Shown in pieces: positions 1-9,410 of a stretch of 64,000 nucleotides of DNA. Under the pieces are notes generated by a model. The model did not search any database, was not told the DNA's origin, and worked only from the letters and a program-made list of their open reading frames with translations. Each line of letters opens with the position of its first letter. Position 1 is the first letter of the stretch. Location: positions 62,001 through 126,000 of the IMG/VR virus record IMGVR_UViG_3300025309_000006; one strand, given 5' to 3'. Made by a program: the position numbers and the translations under genes.

Positions 1-1
1 T

Positions 2-946
2 CCTTGTATTGTTGGTGAAAAAGTATCACAAAAAACAGAAGAAAACAAATATATCACAACAGTTTCGAATGAAATATATTTAACTATTTCTCATACAGAA
101 ATAACCGAACAAATAAAAGTAAATGATGTATATAAAATCGGTTTACATTCTTACCAAATAGAAAGTTTACCAGACGATGTTTATATCGGTGGGCTTTTAG
201 TTTTTAAACTTAAGTATAGCGAAGTATCACAACAATTTCCAACTTACTCTATTCAAATTCTAAATGGCAACAATATCCAAGCAGATAAAAACAACACATT
301 ACAATTACAAATTCAAGTAAATGCAACAGTGAATAACATAACAACAATAGTTTCGCCTACTCCATTGCTCATATTTAACTCTTCTAATGATGGAATCTGT
401 ACAGTAGATTCAAATGGTTTATGTACTTTCCATTTAGAAAGTTCTCCTTCTTGGGATTTGGAAACCATTATTGATGAGGAAATGGTTCTAGATTTAGATA
501 AAACATATGAATTGACAGATGATGGTAAATTTTTGTTGAATGATTTGTTTGGTAGTGATGCTATACCGGGAGTTGTGATTAGTGTGAAGTTGGCTTTAGA
601 TGAAAGTGTAGTTGGATATGTAAATATTGATGTTTATGATGTACCGATGGATAATTATACAGTCAAGGTTAATGGTGAGCAGTCTATTATAAAAAATTAC
701 ACAGAAAATTACAGTTGTGTATTTAAAAATAATAGTATTGCTTATTCTGATGTATCAGTATTTTATTTAACTGGTGACGATGGTGTTTCTGTAACATCGC
801 TTGCTCAAATTACAAGTCAAGATAGTGTTGCTAATACTTGTACAATTAAAGGATTGGGATTGGGATATGTGAAATTGTGGGTTAAGAATGTTGGGGAAAC
901 AGTTGTTAGTGATGGATTTAGGATTCAGATTGAAAGTTTATTTTAA
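2..946 (+). CDS. Phage neck/head-tail structural protein with Ig-like C-terminal region (5'-truncated by the window edge)
   Basis: The frame of ORF 329..946 is open back to base 2 (PCIVGEKVSQK...). Beta-rich Ig-like C-terminus; lies just upstream of the tail genes. Confidence 0.6.
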   Translation, partial: PCIVGEKVSQKTEENKYITTVSNEIYLTISHTEITEQIKVNDVYKIGLHSYQIESLPDDVYIGGLLVFKLKYSEVSQQFPTYSIQILNGNNIQADKNNTLQLQIQVNATVNNITTIVSPTPLLIFNSSNDGICTVDSNGLCTFHLESSPSWDLETIIDEEMVLDLDKTYELTDDGKFLLNDLFGSDAIPGVVISVKLALDESVVGYVNIDVYDVPMDNYTVKVNGEQSIIKNYTENYSCVFKNNSIAYSDVSVFYLTGDDGVSVTSLAQITSQDSVANTCTIKGLGLGYVKLWVKNVGETVVSDGFRIQIESLF

Positions 947-960
947 GGTGGTGATAAAGA

Positions 961-1482
961 ATGTCAATCAATAATGAATTAATTAAATTAGATGGTATTC
1001 AAAAATTATTATCTAATATTGGAAATAAAATAATTGAAAATAAAACTCTTATGAGATGTTTGCAGTATGATTCGGCAGATGCTTTATCATTACCCGAAGT
1101 AACAATGTCTCAGATTAAAAATCTAGTTGGTAAAGGGACTGACCCAAATAATGAACAAAAAATTTTCAAAATGCCGTTCTATGATAATGTTGTATCTGAT
1201 CCTCGTACAGAGATTAGATTTTTTATTCCTATATTTGAACCAAATAATATATATCTAACAAGTGTAGATATATGTTTTCAGATTGTAATTCATAATGCTA
1301 AATGGGATTTAGATGAAAATTATATTAAACCATTAGTTATGGTTAATGAAATACTAAAAGATTTTAATGGGCAAGACTTAGGTGGTATAGGTGTTTTACA
1401 ATTGACGTCATCAATTAAGGTTGCTAATTGGAATTCGAGTTTTTCTGGATATTTCTTTTATTTGAGTACGAGGTCTGTGTAA
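961..1482 (+). CDS. Putative tail terminator/completion protein
   Basis: RBS AAGGTGGTG; size and position before the chaperone-like and tail tube genes, as in SPbeta-like phages. Confidence 0.5.
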   Translation: MSINNELIKLDGIQKLLSNIGNKIIENKTLMRCLQYDSADALSLPEVTMSQIKNLVGKGTDPNNEQKIFKMPFYDNVVSDPRTEIRFFIPIFEPNNIYLTSVDICFQIVIHNAKWDLDENYIKPLVMVNEILKDFNGQDLGGIGVLQLTSSIKVANWNSSFSGYFFYLSTRSV

Positions 1483-1485
1483 AAT

Positions 1486-2424
1486 ATGGATATATCACAA
1501 TATGATCAATATTTTATATATGATGAGCCTGTACAATATATATCTCAAAAATCTTCAAAGCGAAGATTAGAGATTGAAGCAGAAATTAATAATATTGAAT
1601 TAGACGAAATAAGTGATGAAGCAAAGATAAAAATATCTAAACTTAAGGATGAATATGAAAATTTAACATTATTAATATATCCAATTAGAATGTCAAAATA
1701 TCTTAATTTTCATATGTTAGCAAATTGCTTATTAATAGAAAAGAATAAAATACCAGACCCAAAAGTAATTAGTATGAGTTACTTGGATTTTCTGTTTTAT
1801 TTAATTGAAAATGATCAAAATGGTAATATTTATGCTCAGATGCTAACTGGAATTTTTAGTCTATGTTTAGGTATCGAAAGTAATAATATTCGATATATAA
1901 AGGACGAACAAGGAAAAATAAATCTTAATCTAAATATTAAATATATATGTAGAAAAAATGAAGAAGAAGTAACCAGATATAGGGAAGAGATACTTGATAA
2001 AACAGATTTTGACAATATAAAAAATATAATTATTTATCAAAATATACCTGACTATGATGACACTTATATTGATCCTAAAATGGAAAAAGCATTAAAAGAA
2101 GCTCAAGAATTTATAAATAAAAACAAAAAGAAAATGGCTTCTTTGGAAGATCAACTTATTTGTGTTTTAATAAGCACTTCTTTAAGTATGGAAGATATTT
2201 ATAATTTAACAATTAGAAAATTTTCTAAGATACTTCAAAGAGTTGATTATAAATTACATTATGAAATTTATAAAACTGCTTCTATGAGTGGTTTTGTAAA
2301 ATTTGAACAAGAAGTTGATCATTGGATGAGTGATTTATCTGTTGATGATAAATACGCTGATGTAAAGGTTGATTTTGAAGAGTTCAAAAATAAAGTTAAT
2401 GGTAAAGGTAATGTCAAAAAGTAA
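1486..2424 (+). CDS. Tail assembly chaperone-like protein (SPbeta-like gene preceding the tube)
   Basis: C-terminal motif IYNLTIRKF...YKTASMSGFV...HW is typical of these chaperone-like proteins; synteny. Confidence 0.55.
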   Translation: MDISQYDQYFIYDEPVQYISQKSSKRRLEIEAEINNIELDEISDEAKIKISKLKDEYENLTLLIYPIRMSKYLNFHMLANCLLIEKNKIPDPKVISMSYLDFLFYLIENDQNGNIYAQMLTGIFSLCLGIESNNIRYIKDEQGKINLNLNIKYICRKNEEEVTRYREEILDKTDFDNIKNIIIYQNIPDYDDTYIDPKMEKALKEAQEFINKNKKKMASLEDQLICVLISTSLSMEDIYNLTIRKFSKILQRVDYKLHYEIYKTASMSGFVKFEQEVDHWMSDLSVDDKYADVKVDFEEFKNKVNGKGNVKK

Positions 2425-2451
2425 TTTGTATTATAAAGGAGGAGATATAAC

Positions 2452-3510
2452 ATGGCAAAGAAATTTCTCGTTGGAGTTGGTTCTGTAACGGCTTTCAATA
2501 TTTCAACAGGAGACATTTTATTCCGCAGTCGTACAATTTTGGACGACTCAATTGATATTACAACCGCAAGTGAAGAAATCTCGGCGGGGCAAGGTAATGC
2601 ACTTCAGTACATTTATTATCATAGCGGAAGGTTTAGTGCAAAACTTACAGAAACACAATTTTCTCTCAATATGATTGGGCAAAACGTTGGTTCTTCAATT
2701 CTTACTGGTAAAAATGTTTGGACAGAAGAAAACGTTACTTTAGGAGTAGGTGGGACAGGAACAGTAGTAGGAACACCTATTTTAACACCAGATGTTAGTG
2801 GGGCAGATGTTTTTGGTTATGTCACAAATGCAGCAGGAGTTACAACTAAAATTACATTTAGTACCAAAGATTTTACTTTAGTTGGTGGAGCAGAAAATGA
2901 TATCGTATGTGTTCAATATTTTACTTTAGATTCTGCTGCCAGATATGTTACGGTTAATTCAAACTTCTTACCTTCAGTTGTTAGATTAGTAATTGATACA
3001 CAATTAGCAAGTTCTGATGAATCTAGTGCTGCGGGATCTAGTATTATTGGTAAAGTCCAGGTCGAGGTTCCAAGATTCCAGATCGCAGGAAGTCAATCAA
3101 TTTCAATGACTGCATCCGGCGTGGCGCAAACACCATTAGAGGGAATGGCTTTAAGTTTTGCAGGAACTGGTGGTTGTAATGGTTCTGGATATTATGCAAC
3201 TATCGCGGAGGTAATTGATGCTAATAATTGGTATGATAATGTAGGATTTTTGGCTATAGCAGATGATACTGTTGCTTTAACTCATCCATCAACTTCAACT
3301 TTGACAGTATGGGCAGTTCCTACAAATGGAGATGCGGCATTTAAAGCTCCAGCAGCAGATTTAAGTTTTACTAGTGGAACAGTTGGAACTTGTACCGTAG
3401 GTTTGCATACAGGTATTATAACCACAGTCGCTGGTGGAACATCTGTCATTACTTGTGTAATTACAAGTAAGAATACTGTTGGTACAACTGCCACTGTAAC
3501 TGTAAGTTAA
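2452..3510 (+). CDS. Major tail tube protein with C-terminal Ig-like domain
   Basis: Strong RBS AAGGAGGAG; G/T/S/V-rich; EEISAGQGN motif; Ig-like end (GIITTVAGGTSVIT...ATVTVS). Confidence 0.8.
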   Translation: MAKKFLVGVGSVTAFNISTGDILFRSRTILDDSIDITTASEEISAGQGNALQYIYYHSGRFSAKLTETQFSLNMIGQNVGSSILTGKNVWTEENVTLGVGGTGTVVGTPILTPDVSGADVFGYVTNAAGVTTKITFSTKDFTLVGGAENDIVCVQYFTLDSAARYVTVNSNFLPSVVRLVIDTQLASSDESSAAGSSIIGKVQVEVPRFQIAGSQSISMTASGVAQTPLEGMALSFAGTGGCNGSGYYATIAEVIDANNWYDNVGFLAIADDTVALTHPSTSTLTVWAVPTNGDAAFKAPAADLSFTSGTVGTCTVGLHTGIITTVAGGTSVITCVITSKNTVGTTATVTVS

Positions 3511-3532
3511 TTTTTAACTAAGGATTTATTTT

Positions 3533-3721
3533 ATGAGTATGAAATTATGTCAAAAAGGAATTCTTTTTCAAAATAGTTTAGAAGCATCTTTTAAATGTTC
3601 TATGGATAATTTACCATGCTGTTTTGTAAGATTTTGCGTACAAGATAGATGCTTTAAAATGCTCAGTAGTTATATAAGATGTAAAAACAATCAAGAGGTG
3701 ATTTCATGCCAAAAAGAGTAA
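3533..3721 (+). CDS. Small Cys-rich hypothetical protein
   Basis: ORF with several Cys directly after the tube gene, overlapping the next ORF. Confidence 0.5.
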   Translation: MSMKLCQKGILFQNSLEASFKCSMDNLPCCFVRFCVQDRCFKMLSSYIRCKNNQEVISCQKE

Positions 3722-3999
3722 AAAATGAAGATAAAATTGAAGATACTGACAAAAATGATATAGAAATCATTAATATTGAGAAAGTAAAAGATGAAAAAGT
3801 TGTTCTTAAATTAAGAGAAGAAATTTGTAAAGTAGTATGGGTAAAATATAATTTTTTTGGGGTTGACTTTAAGGGATATGGAATTACTTTCAGTCTCGAT
3901 GATGGATATTTAGTAGATAATATTAAAGATAATATTAAAATCAAATATGAATCTGAAATTGGGAAAGAGGATTTTAAAGCATATCCTATGTTTAAATAA
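3706..3999 (+). CDS. Hypothetical protein
   Basis: RBS AAGAGGTG; followed by a terminator. Confidence 0.6.
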   Translation: MPKRVKNEDKIEDTDKNDIEIINIEKVKDEKVVLKLREEICKVVWVKYNFFGVDFKGYGITFSLDDGYLVDNIKDNIKIKYESEIGKEDFKAYPMFK

Positions 4000-4002
4000 A
4001 AA

Positions 4003-4056
4003 TAAGGAGAAGTAGCAGAAGAAATAAAACGCTTCTCTCTTCTCCTTATTTTTTTA
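4003..4056 (+). terminator. Intrinsic terminator
   Basis: ATAAGGAGAAG...CTTCTCCTTAT stem followed by a T-run. Confidence 0.7.
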
Positions 4057-4213
4057 CTATTTCCACCAAATTATATATCTCCAATAAATCACTGATTTTA
4101 TACTAAATATCAATATTTATGTCTTATAAAGTCATTGATATAAAAGGGTTTTATAAACCATAAAAACAATTATCAACTAAAACAAACAATAAAGAAAGGA
4201 AGTGCTCCATACA

Positions 4214-5098
4214 ATGGCAAATGAATCAGGCAACATGGAACAAATACTTGGAACCTCAAACCTCAACAATGAAACACGCTTCATAAAAACAGATGATAAT
4301 GGAATTCTCCAAACTTCTACAATGTCCAATGGAGACACTCCTATGATTCTAGTAGACACAACTAGAGCTCCATCAATAGGAACAATTCTCCTTGCAAATG
4401 CAACATATACATCACCTGTTGTTGATAGACCAGAACAAGATATACCTGATGGGTATATGCGGATTTGGATACTAACAGATCAAAGTGGAAATCTTTATTT
4501 AGAAGAATCTCACAATGAAACAAGCTGGACAACTACATCATCTGCGGTTGTTTCGGCAGGAGTCTCAAATATATTAGCATGGACAAAATTAAGTAGAAGA
4601 TATTATAGATGCAGATATGTAAATGGTGCTACACCACAAACAAGTTTTATTATGATTCATTATACAAAAGGTGTTAATATTGATCCAGTCATGATAGCAG
4701 ATGGTGATATTGCTACATTAGGGGTAAAAGCTGATACTGCTAATATTGATCCAACAGCAAGTTCTTCAGTTAATGCTAATCTAAAAGGAATAATGAAATA
4801 CATTGTAGGAAATCTAATCAATAATCAAACAAATAAAGCAGTAACAGCAAGCACTAATATATTAGCATCAAATTATGTCGCATTAAATTATCAACAATCT
4901 ACATTAATGGTTTCTACAAGTGCTACAGGAATTTTATCTCTAGCTGTAGACGGTGTTCTTAGTAGTTTAAATAGTGGAGTTGCGCTTGATATAAATAAAT
5001 GGTATGCATTTGATGTTCTTTTATTGACTGGTTCAACTTATAATCTTCAATTATCTGTTGATGCAACTATGCAAGTAAAATGGGTTGGAGGTGCATAA
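4214..5098 (+). CDS. Putative virion/tail-associated beta-rich protein
   Basis: RBS AAAGGAAG before ATG 4214; T/S/A-rich; coupled to the tail-collar gene. Confidence 0.5.
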   Translation: MANESGNMEQILGTSNLNNETRFIKTDDNGILQTSTMSNGDTPMILVDTTRAPSIGTILLANATYTSPVVDRPEQDIPDGYMRIWILTDQSGNLYLEESHNETSWTTTSSAVVSAGVSNILAWTKLSRRYYRCRYVNGATPQTSFIMIHYTKGVNIDPVMIADGDIATLGVKADTANIDPTASSSVNANLKGIMKYIVGNLINNQTNKAVTASTNILASNYVALNYQQSTLMVSTSATGILSLAVDGVLSSLNSGVALDINKWYAFDVLLLTGSTYNLQLSVDATMQVKWVGGA

Positions 5099-5100
5099 AA

Positions 5101-5589
5101 ATGAAAATTTGCCCACCACAAGGTTTATCTAATATTAGTGGAATTACTGGAACAATTCAAATGTATGCAGGAACAACAGCACCTTCAGGATATCTGATTT
5201 GTGATGGTTCAGCAGTATCTAGAACGACTTATTCAGCATTATTTAGTGTGATAGGAATAAGTTATGGAGCAGGTAATGGAAGTAGTACATTTAATGTTCC
5301 AAATTTCAAAGGTAGGGTGCCTGTCGGATTAGACTCATCTCAAACTGAATTTGATGCGTTAAATAAAATTGGCGGAAGCAAAAATCATGTTTTAACTATC
5401 GAGGAAATGCCAGCGCACAAACACACATTTAATGATAATTATGGGGTTCAAAATGTTGAAGTTACATTTTATAATGGAACAGCAACTGATGAAATTGAAA
5501 GATGGGAGGATACATCTACTGTTGGAGGAGGTCTCGCGCATAATAATTTACAACCCTACTGTACAATTTCTTTTGTGATTAAAATTTAA
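5101..5589 (+). CDS. Tail collar domain protein
   Basis: GTIQMYAG...PSGYLICDGSAVSRTTYSALF...FNVPNFKGRVPVG...HNNLQPY is the phage tail collar signature; RBS GGAGGT places the start at 5101. Confidence 0.9.
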   Translation: MKICPPQGLSNISGITGTIQMYAGTTAPSGYLICDGSAVSRTTYSALFSVIGISYGAGNGSSTFNVPNFKGRVPVGLDSSQTEFDALNKIGGSKNHVLTIEEMPAHKHTFNDNYGVQNVEVTFYNGTATDEIERWEDTSTVGGGLAHNNLQPYCTISFVIKI

Positions 5590-5598
5590 TATAAAAAT

Positions 5599-5707
5599 AA
5601 ATATTTGGTTGTTTAAATAATTTGCAAGTTATTTAAATGTAAAACGAAGAGGCGTACTGCTATACGACTCTTTATCCTATTTTCAAAGCTTTTTGGCAGA
5701 AAAGAGG
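5599..5707 (+). promoter_or_regulatory. Structured leader RNA, copy A
   Basis: Hairpin 5612-5637 with TTGCAA loop; GTAAAAC linker; hairpin 5646-5673 whose loop CTGCTA complements TGGCAG (5694-5699) next to the RBS. Confidence 0.55.
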
Positions 5708-5711
5708 TAAA

Positions 5712-7145
5712 ATGATGAAAAAATGTTTTTTAGATGAGTTGCCCAGATGGGGAAAAGCAGAAAAAGTAACAGATGGTAAACAAGGGACTATTAATTGGAA
5801 AGAATCAATAGGATATATTGTTAAATTCATTTATGATAATATTGAAGGGGAAATTGAAATTGTTGATTATAACAAAAGTTATCTAGATATAAAATACAAA
5901 GATGAGGATATATATAATATATATTCAGGCACTTTTACAAAATGTCAATTAGGTATTTTACTAAATAAAAAAACTAAAAAGTTTAGAGTAGAAATAGGTA
6001 CTATATTTAAAGACAACAAAAGAGATATAATTATTACAAATAAAGAATATAAAGATAATCCTTATAATAAAGGAAATAAATTGAAATGGTATAATTATAA
6101 GTGTAATAAGTGTGGATGGGATGAAGGATGGATAGAAGAAAGTGTCTTAATAAGAGGACAAGGTTGTTCATGTTGTACTGGTCAAATAGTAGTAGAAGGT
6201 ATAAATGACATTCCAACAGTTGCTCCTTGGATGGTAAAATACTTTCAAGGAGGGTACGATGAAGCAAAATTGTATACAAAAGGTTCTAATCACAAAATAT
6301 ATCCAATTTGTCCAGATTGTAATAAAGTAAAAAATAAATCTATGGAAGTATGTTCAATATATGCCAATCGCTCTATTGGGTGTAATTGCGGAGATGGAAT
6401 TAGTTATCCTAATAAAATTGTATTTCATCTATTGAGTCAATTAAATTCTGAATTTGTTTCTGAAGCTTCTTTTAATTGGACTACAAAAAGATATGATTTT
6501 TATTTATCCTTATTTAAAAGTATTGTAGAGGTACATGGTTTACAACATTATAAAGAAAAACAAAGATCAAAAACAAGTAGAAATCTCAAAGAAGAACAAA
6601 AAAATGATAAATGCAAAGAAGAATTAGCAAAAGAAAATGGAATTAATAATTACATAATAATTGATGCTAGATATTCTGAGTTAGAATTTATAAAAAGTAG
6701 TATATTAAATAGTAAACTAAATGAATTGTATGATTTGTCAAAAATTCAATGGATTAAATGTGAAGAATTCGCATTGTCGAATTTAACTAAAAAAGCATGT
6801 GAATTAAAATGTAATAATTTTAGCACAACTAAAATTGCTGAGATAATGAAATTAGGGGTAAGTACAGTTATAGCATATTTAAAAAGAGGAACGAAAATAG
6901 GATGGTGTAATTATAATCCCAAAGAAGAAATGATTAAGGCAGTTACTAATAATGGCAAAATGAATGGTAAACCAGTAGAAATATTTAAAAATAATATTTC
7001 TTTAGGAATATTTGAGAATTGTCATGAGTTAGACCGACAAAGCGAAAATGTTTTTGGAATTAAATTAAATTATAGTTCTATATCATCTGTCTGTCGTGGT
7101 GAAACAAATCATTATAAAGGATTCATTTTTAAGTATGTTATTTAA
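5712..7145 (+). CDS. Free-standing homing-type endonuclease (Zn ribbons, PD-(D/E)XK-like core, HTH, NUMOD1-like)
   Basis: CxxC pairs; YDFY...IVEVHGLQHY core; C-terminal SSISSVCRG...YKGFIFKY; paralogous to 55122..56834. Confidence 0.75.
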   Translation: MMKKCFLDELPRWGKAEKVTDGKQGTINWKESIGYIVKFIYDNIEGEIEIVDYNKSYLDIKYKDEDIYNIYSGTFTKCQLGILLNKKTKKFRVEIGTIFKDNKRDIIITNKEYKDNPYNKGNKLKWYNYKCNKCGWDEGWIEESVLIRGQGCSCCTGQIVVEGINDIPTVAPWMVKYFQGGYDEAKLYTKGSNHKIYPICPDCNKVKNKSMEVCSIYANRSIGCNCGDGISYPNKIVFHLLSQLNSEFVSEASFNWTTKRYDFYLSLFKSIVEVHGLQHYKEKQRSKTSRNLKEEQKNDKCKEELAKENGINNYIIIDARYSELEFIKSSILNSKLNELYDLSKIQWIKCEEFALSNLTKKACELKCNNFSTTKIAEIMKLGVSTVIAYLKRGTKIGWCNYNPKEEMIKAVTNNGKMNGKPVEIFKNNISLGIFENCHELDRQSENVFGIKLNYSSISSVCRGETNHYKGFIFKYVI

Positions 7146-7211
7146 CGATTTATTTCGTGTGTAACTATGTGATTAAATATTAATATAAAATAAATAAAAA
7201 GTAGGTGGTGT

Positions 7212-7406
7212 TTGGTGGCAAGTAAGAAAAACAAAAATAACCCAGATAATAAAGCAAATGGGAATGTAAAACAAAATAAATTAATATCGAGCGAATATTG
7301 TGAGAAGAACTGTTTAAATGTTGGTGAGTGTCAGAAATATAAAGATTATTTGGCTAGGATGGTAGTGCTACATAAAGTAGGAAAGGGATTGCTTTGCGAT
7401 AAGTAA
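7212..7406 (+). CDS. Hypothetical protein
   Basis: RBS AGGTGGTG, TTG/GTG start. Confidence 0.55.
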   Translation: MVASKKNKNNPDNKANGNVKQNKLISSEYCEKNCLNVGECQKYKDYLARMVVLHKVGKGLLCDK

Positions 7407-7497
7407 ATATTTGCAGTAGATAAAGAGCATTTAGAAATAAGTGCTCTTATTTGTGTTGCAAAGTTGTGATGCAAATATATTGAAAGGAGGAACTAAA

Positions 7498-7725
7498 ATG
7501 AATGAGTTTATAAATGAAGAAAAAGTAGAAACAAAAACAATTCCAACAAAAGAAAAAGTAACATATTTGTACAATATCCTGCAAATCAACTATTATCTCA
7601 GTCATGGAATTTGCCCAAAACAAATTGGAATTAATTCAACTACAAAACGAGTATGGGCAGAATTTTCTTGGGAAGGCACTACGGAAATATTCGGAAAATG
7701 GTGTCAAAGAAAAGTCATTAAATAA
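7498..7725 (+). CDS. Small DUF5659-like protein
   Basis: RBS AAAGGAGG; YNILQINYYLSHG...RVWAEF pattern resembles the DUF5659-type proteins elsewhere in the window. Confidence 0.5.
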   Translation: MNEFINEEKVETKTIPTKEKVTYLYNILQINYYLSHGICPKQIGINSTTKRVWAEFSWEGTTEIFGKWCQRKVIK

Positions 7726-7764
7726 TACATTAAACAAATAAATTGAAGAAAGAAGGAATTTATA

Positions 7765-8538
7765 ATGGAGAATAAAAATAATAATGAATTAACTGTAATT
7801 AATGAGCAAGAGGTATTGGGTAAAACTTTTAGAATTTATGGAGATTTTGAAAATCCATTGTTTTTAGCAAAAGATATAGCAAATTGGATTGAACATAGCG
7901 ATACTTCTATGATGGTAAAAAATATTGATGACGATGAAAAGGTCACAAGTATTGTTTGTACCCTTGGTGGAAACCAATCTGCATTATTTCTTACAGAAGA
8001 TGGCATGTATGAAGTTCTTATGCAAAGCAGAAAACCAATTGCAAAACAATTTAAAAAGCAAGTTAAGATAATTTTGAAATCTATTCGTAAACATGGTACA
8101 TATATGACAGAGGAAGTAATAGAGAAGACGCTTACTGATCCAGATTTTATTATACAATTGGCTACGCAATTAAAAGAAGAAAGATTAAAAAGAATTTTGG
8201 CAGAAAATAAAATAGAAGAACAGAAACCATTGGTAGGATTCGCTGAAACTTGCTTAAAATCTAAAGATAATATTCTTGTACGTCAAGTTTCTAAAATAGC
8301 ACAAGATGAAGGAATTGATATTGGAGAGAAGAAATTATATAAAAAACTAAGAGAATGGGGATTAATTCTAACATCTTCTACTGAACCATCCCAAAGAGGA
8401 ATGAATTCATTATATTTTGTAGTAGAAGAGAAAAGTGTTGATACTCCTTATGGTGTAAAATTAAGCAGAATTACAAAAGTAAGTCCAAAGGGCCAAGTGT
8501 TTATAATTGAGAAATTGAAGAAAGAACTTTTACAGTAA
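7765..8538 (+). CDS. Phage antirepressor (BRO-N + ANT/KilAC)
   Basis: PLFLAKDIANW...FLTEDGMYEVLMQSRKPIAKQFK...IRKHG (BRO-N); TKVSPKGQVFI (KilAC). Confidence 0.9.
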   Translation: MENKNNNELTVINEQEVLGKTFRIYGDFENPLFLAKDIANWIEHSDTSMMVKNIDDDEKVTSIVCTLGGNQSALFLTEDGMYEVLMQSRKPIAKQFKKQVKIILKSIRKHGTYMTEEVIEKTLTDPDFIIQLATQLKEERLKRILAENKIEEQKPLVGFAETCLKSKDNILVRQVSKIAQDEGIDIGEKKLYKKLREWGLILTSSTEPSQRGMNSLYFVVEEKSVDTPYGVKLSRITKVSPKGQVFIIEKLKKELLQ

Positions 8539-8639
8539 ATAAGATTAATAAATAAAATATATTAATTTAATAAATAACAAAGGCATTGCTTTAGTGTGAT
8601 GTCTTTGTTTGATATTGGAATATTAGGAGATGAATTAAA

Positions 8640-9080
8640 ATTAATAATCAAGTTTTAATAACTTTAGATAAAAATACATTGGATGAATATAATAAATACT
8701 ATTTCAATAAATATCCAAGGAGAAAAGTTGCACCTATCAAGAAACCAATTCCACCATCACTTAACGAATATATTTCCATGATTCGTATGGCACAGAATAC
8801 ACTTAAAGGTAAATATAAAGAATTTTCAATATGGTTAGCAGAACATTACAAAATAAATAATCTTAATTTAGATAACGCAATTATTACATATACATTCTAT
8901 TTTAAAACTCATATAAGACACGATTTTGATAATCTTATGCTTACCCCTAAATTATGTAACGATGGGTTAGTAGATGCAGGAGTTTTTAAAGATGATTGTG
9001 GAGAGTTTTTAAAGTTGTATTTTAATGAATTTAAATATGATAAAACCAACCCTAGAGTTGAAATGTTGTTAGAATGGTAA
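8640..9080 (+). CDS. RusA-like Holliday junction resolvase
   Basis: PPSLN...RHDFDN...DGLVDAGVFKDD...PRVE RusA motifs; likely ATT start at 8640 behind AGGAGA. Confidence 0.75.
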   Translation: MNNQVLITLDKNTLDEYNKYYFNKYPRRKVAPIKKPIPPSLNEYISMIRMAQNTLKGKYKEFSIWLAEHYKINNLNLDNAIITYTFYFKTHIRHDFDNLMLTPKLCNDGLVDAGVFKDDCGEFLKLYFNEFKYDKTNPRVEMLLEW

Positions 9081-9213
9081 TTTTAATTGGTAATTGATAT
9101 TCTAAACCCCTTATATAACAACACTTTTCAAATTCTCTAAATGGGAATTTTTATAATTTACAGAGGTATTCAATAAAAATATCTAAAATAATTAAAAAAA
9201 GGAATGATTATTA

Positions 9214-9381
9214 ATGATTATCAAATCCAAAAGAATTAAAAGATTTCTATACAATTTAGGGTTTGAATTCTCAGTCTTAAATACAAATGGGAAAGAAGAA
9301 TATTCATTTCCTGAATCATCTCAATTAAAAGAATCTATAGATTTTTACTACAAAATAAGGAAGACTTTTGAAAGTCAATAA
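9214..9381 (+). CDS. Small DUF5659-like protein (55 aa, not in ORF track)
   Basis: MIIKSKRIKRFLYNLGF...YSFPESSQLKESIDFY, translated by hand; RBS AAAGGA. Confidence 0.6.
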   Translation: MIIKSKRIKRFLYNLGFEFSVLNTNGKEEYSFPESSQLKESIDFYYKIRKTFESQ

Positions 9382-9410
9382 CCTTAAAAACAAGGAGGTC
9401 GAAAGACTAA

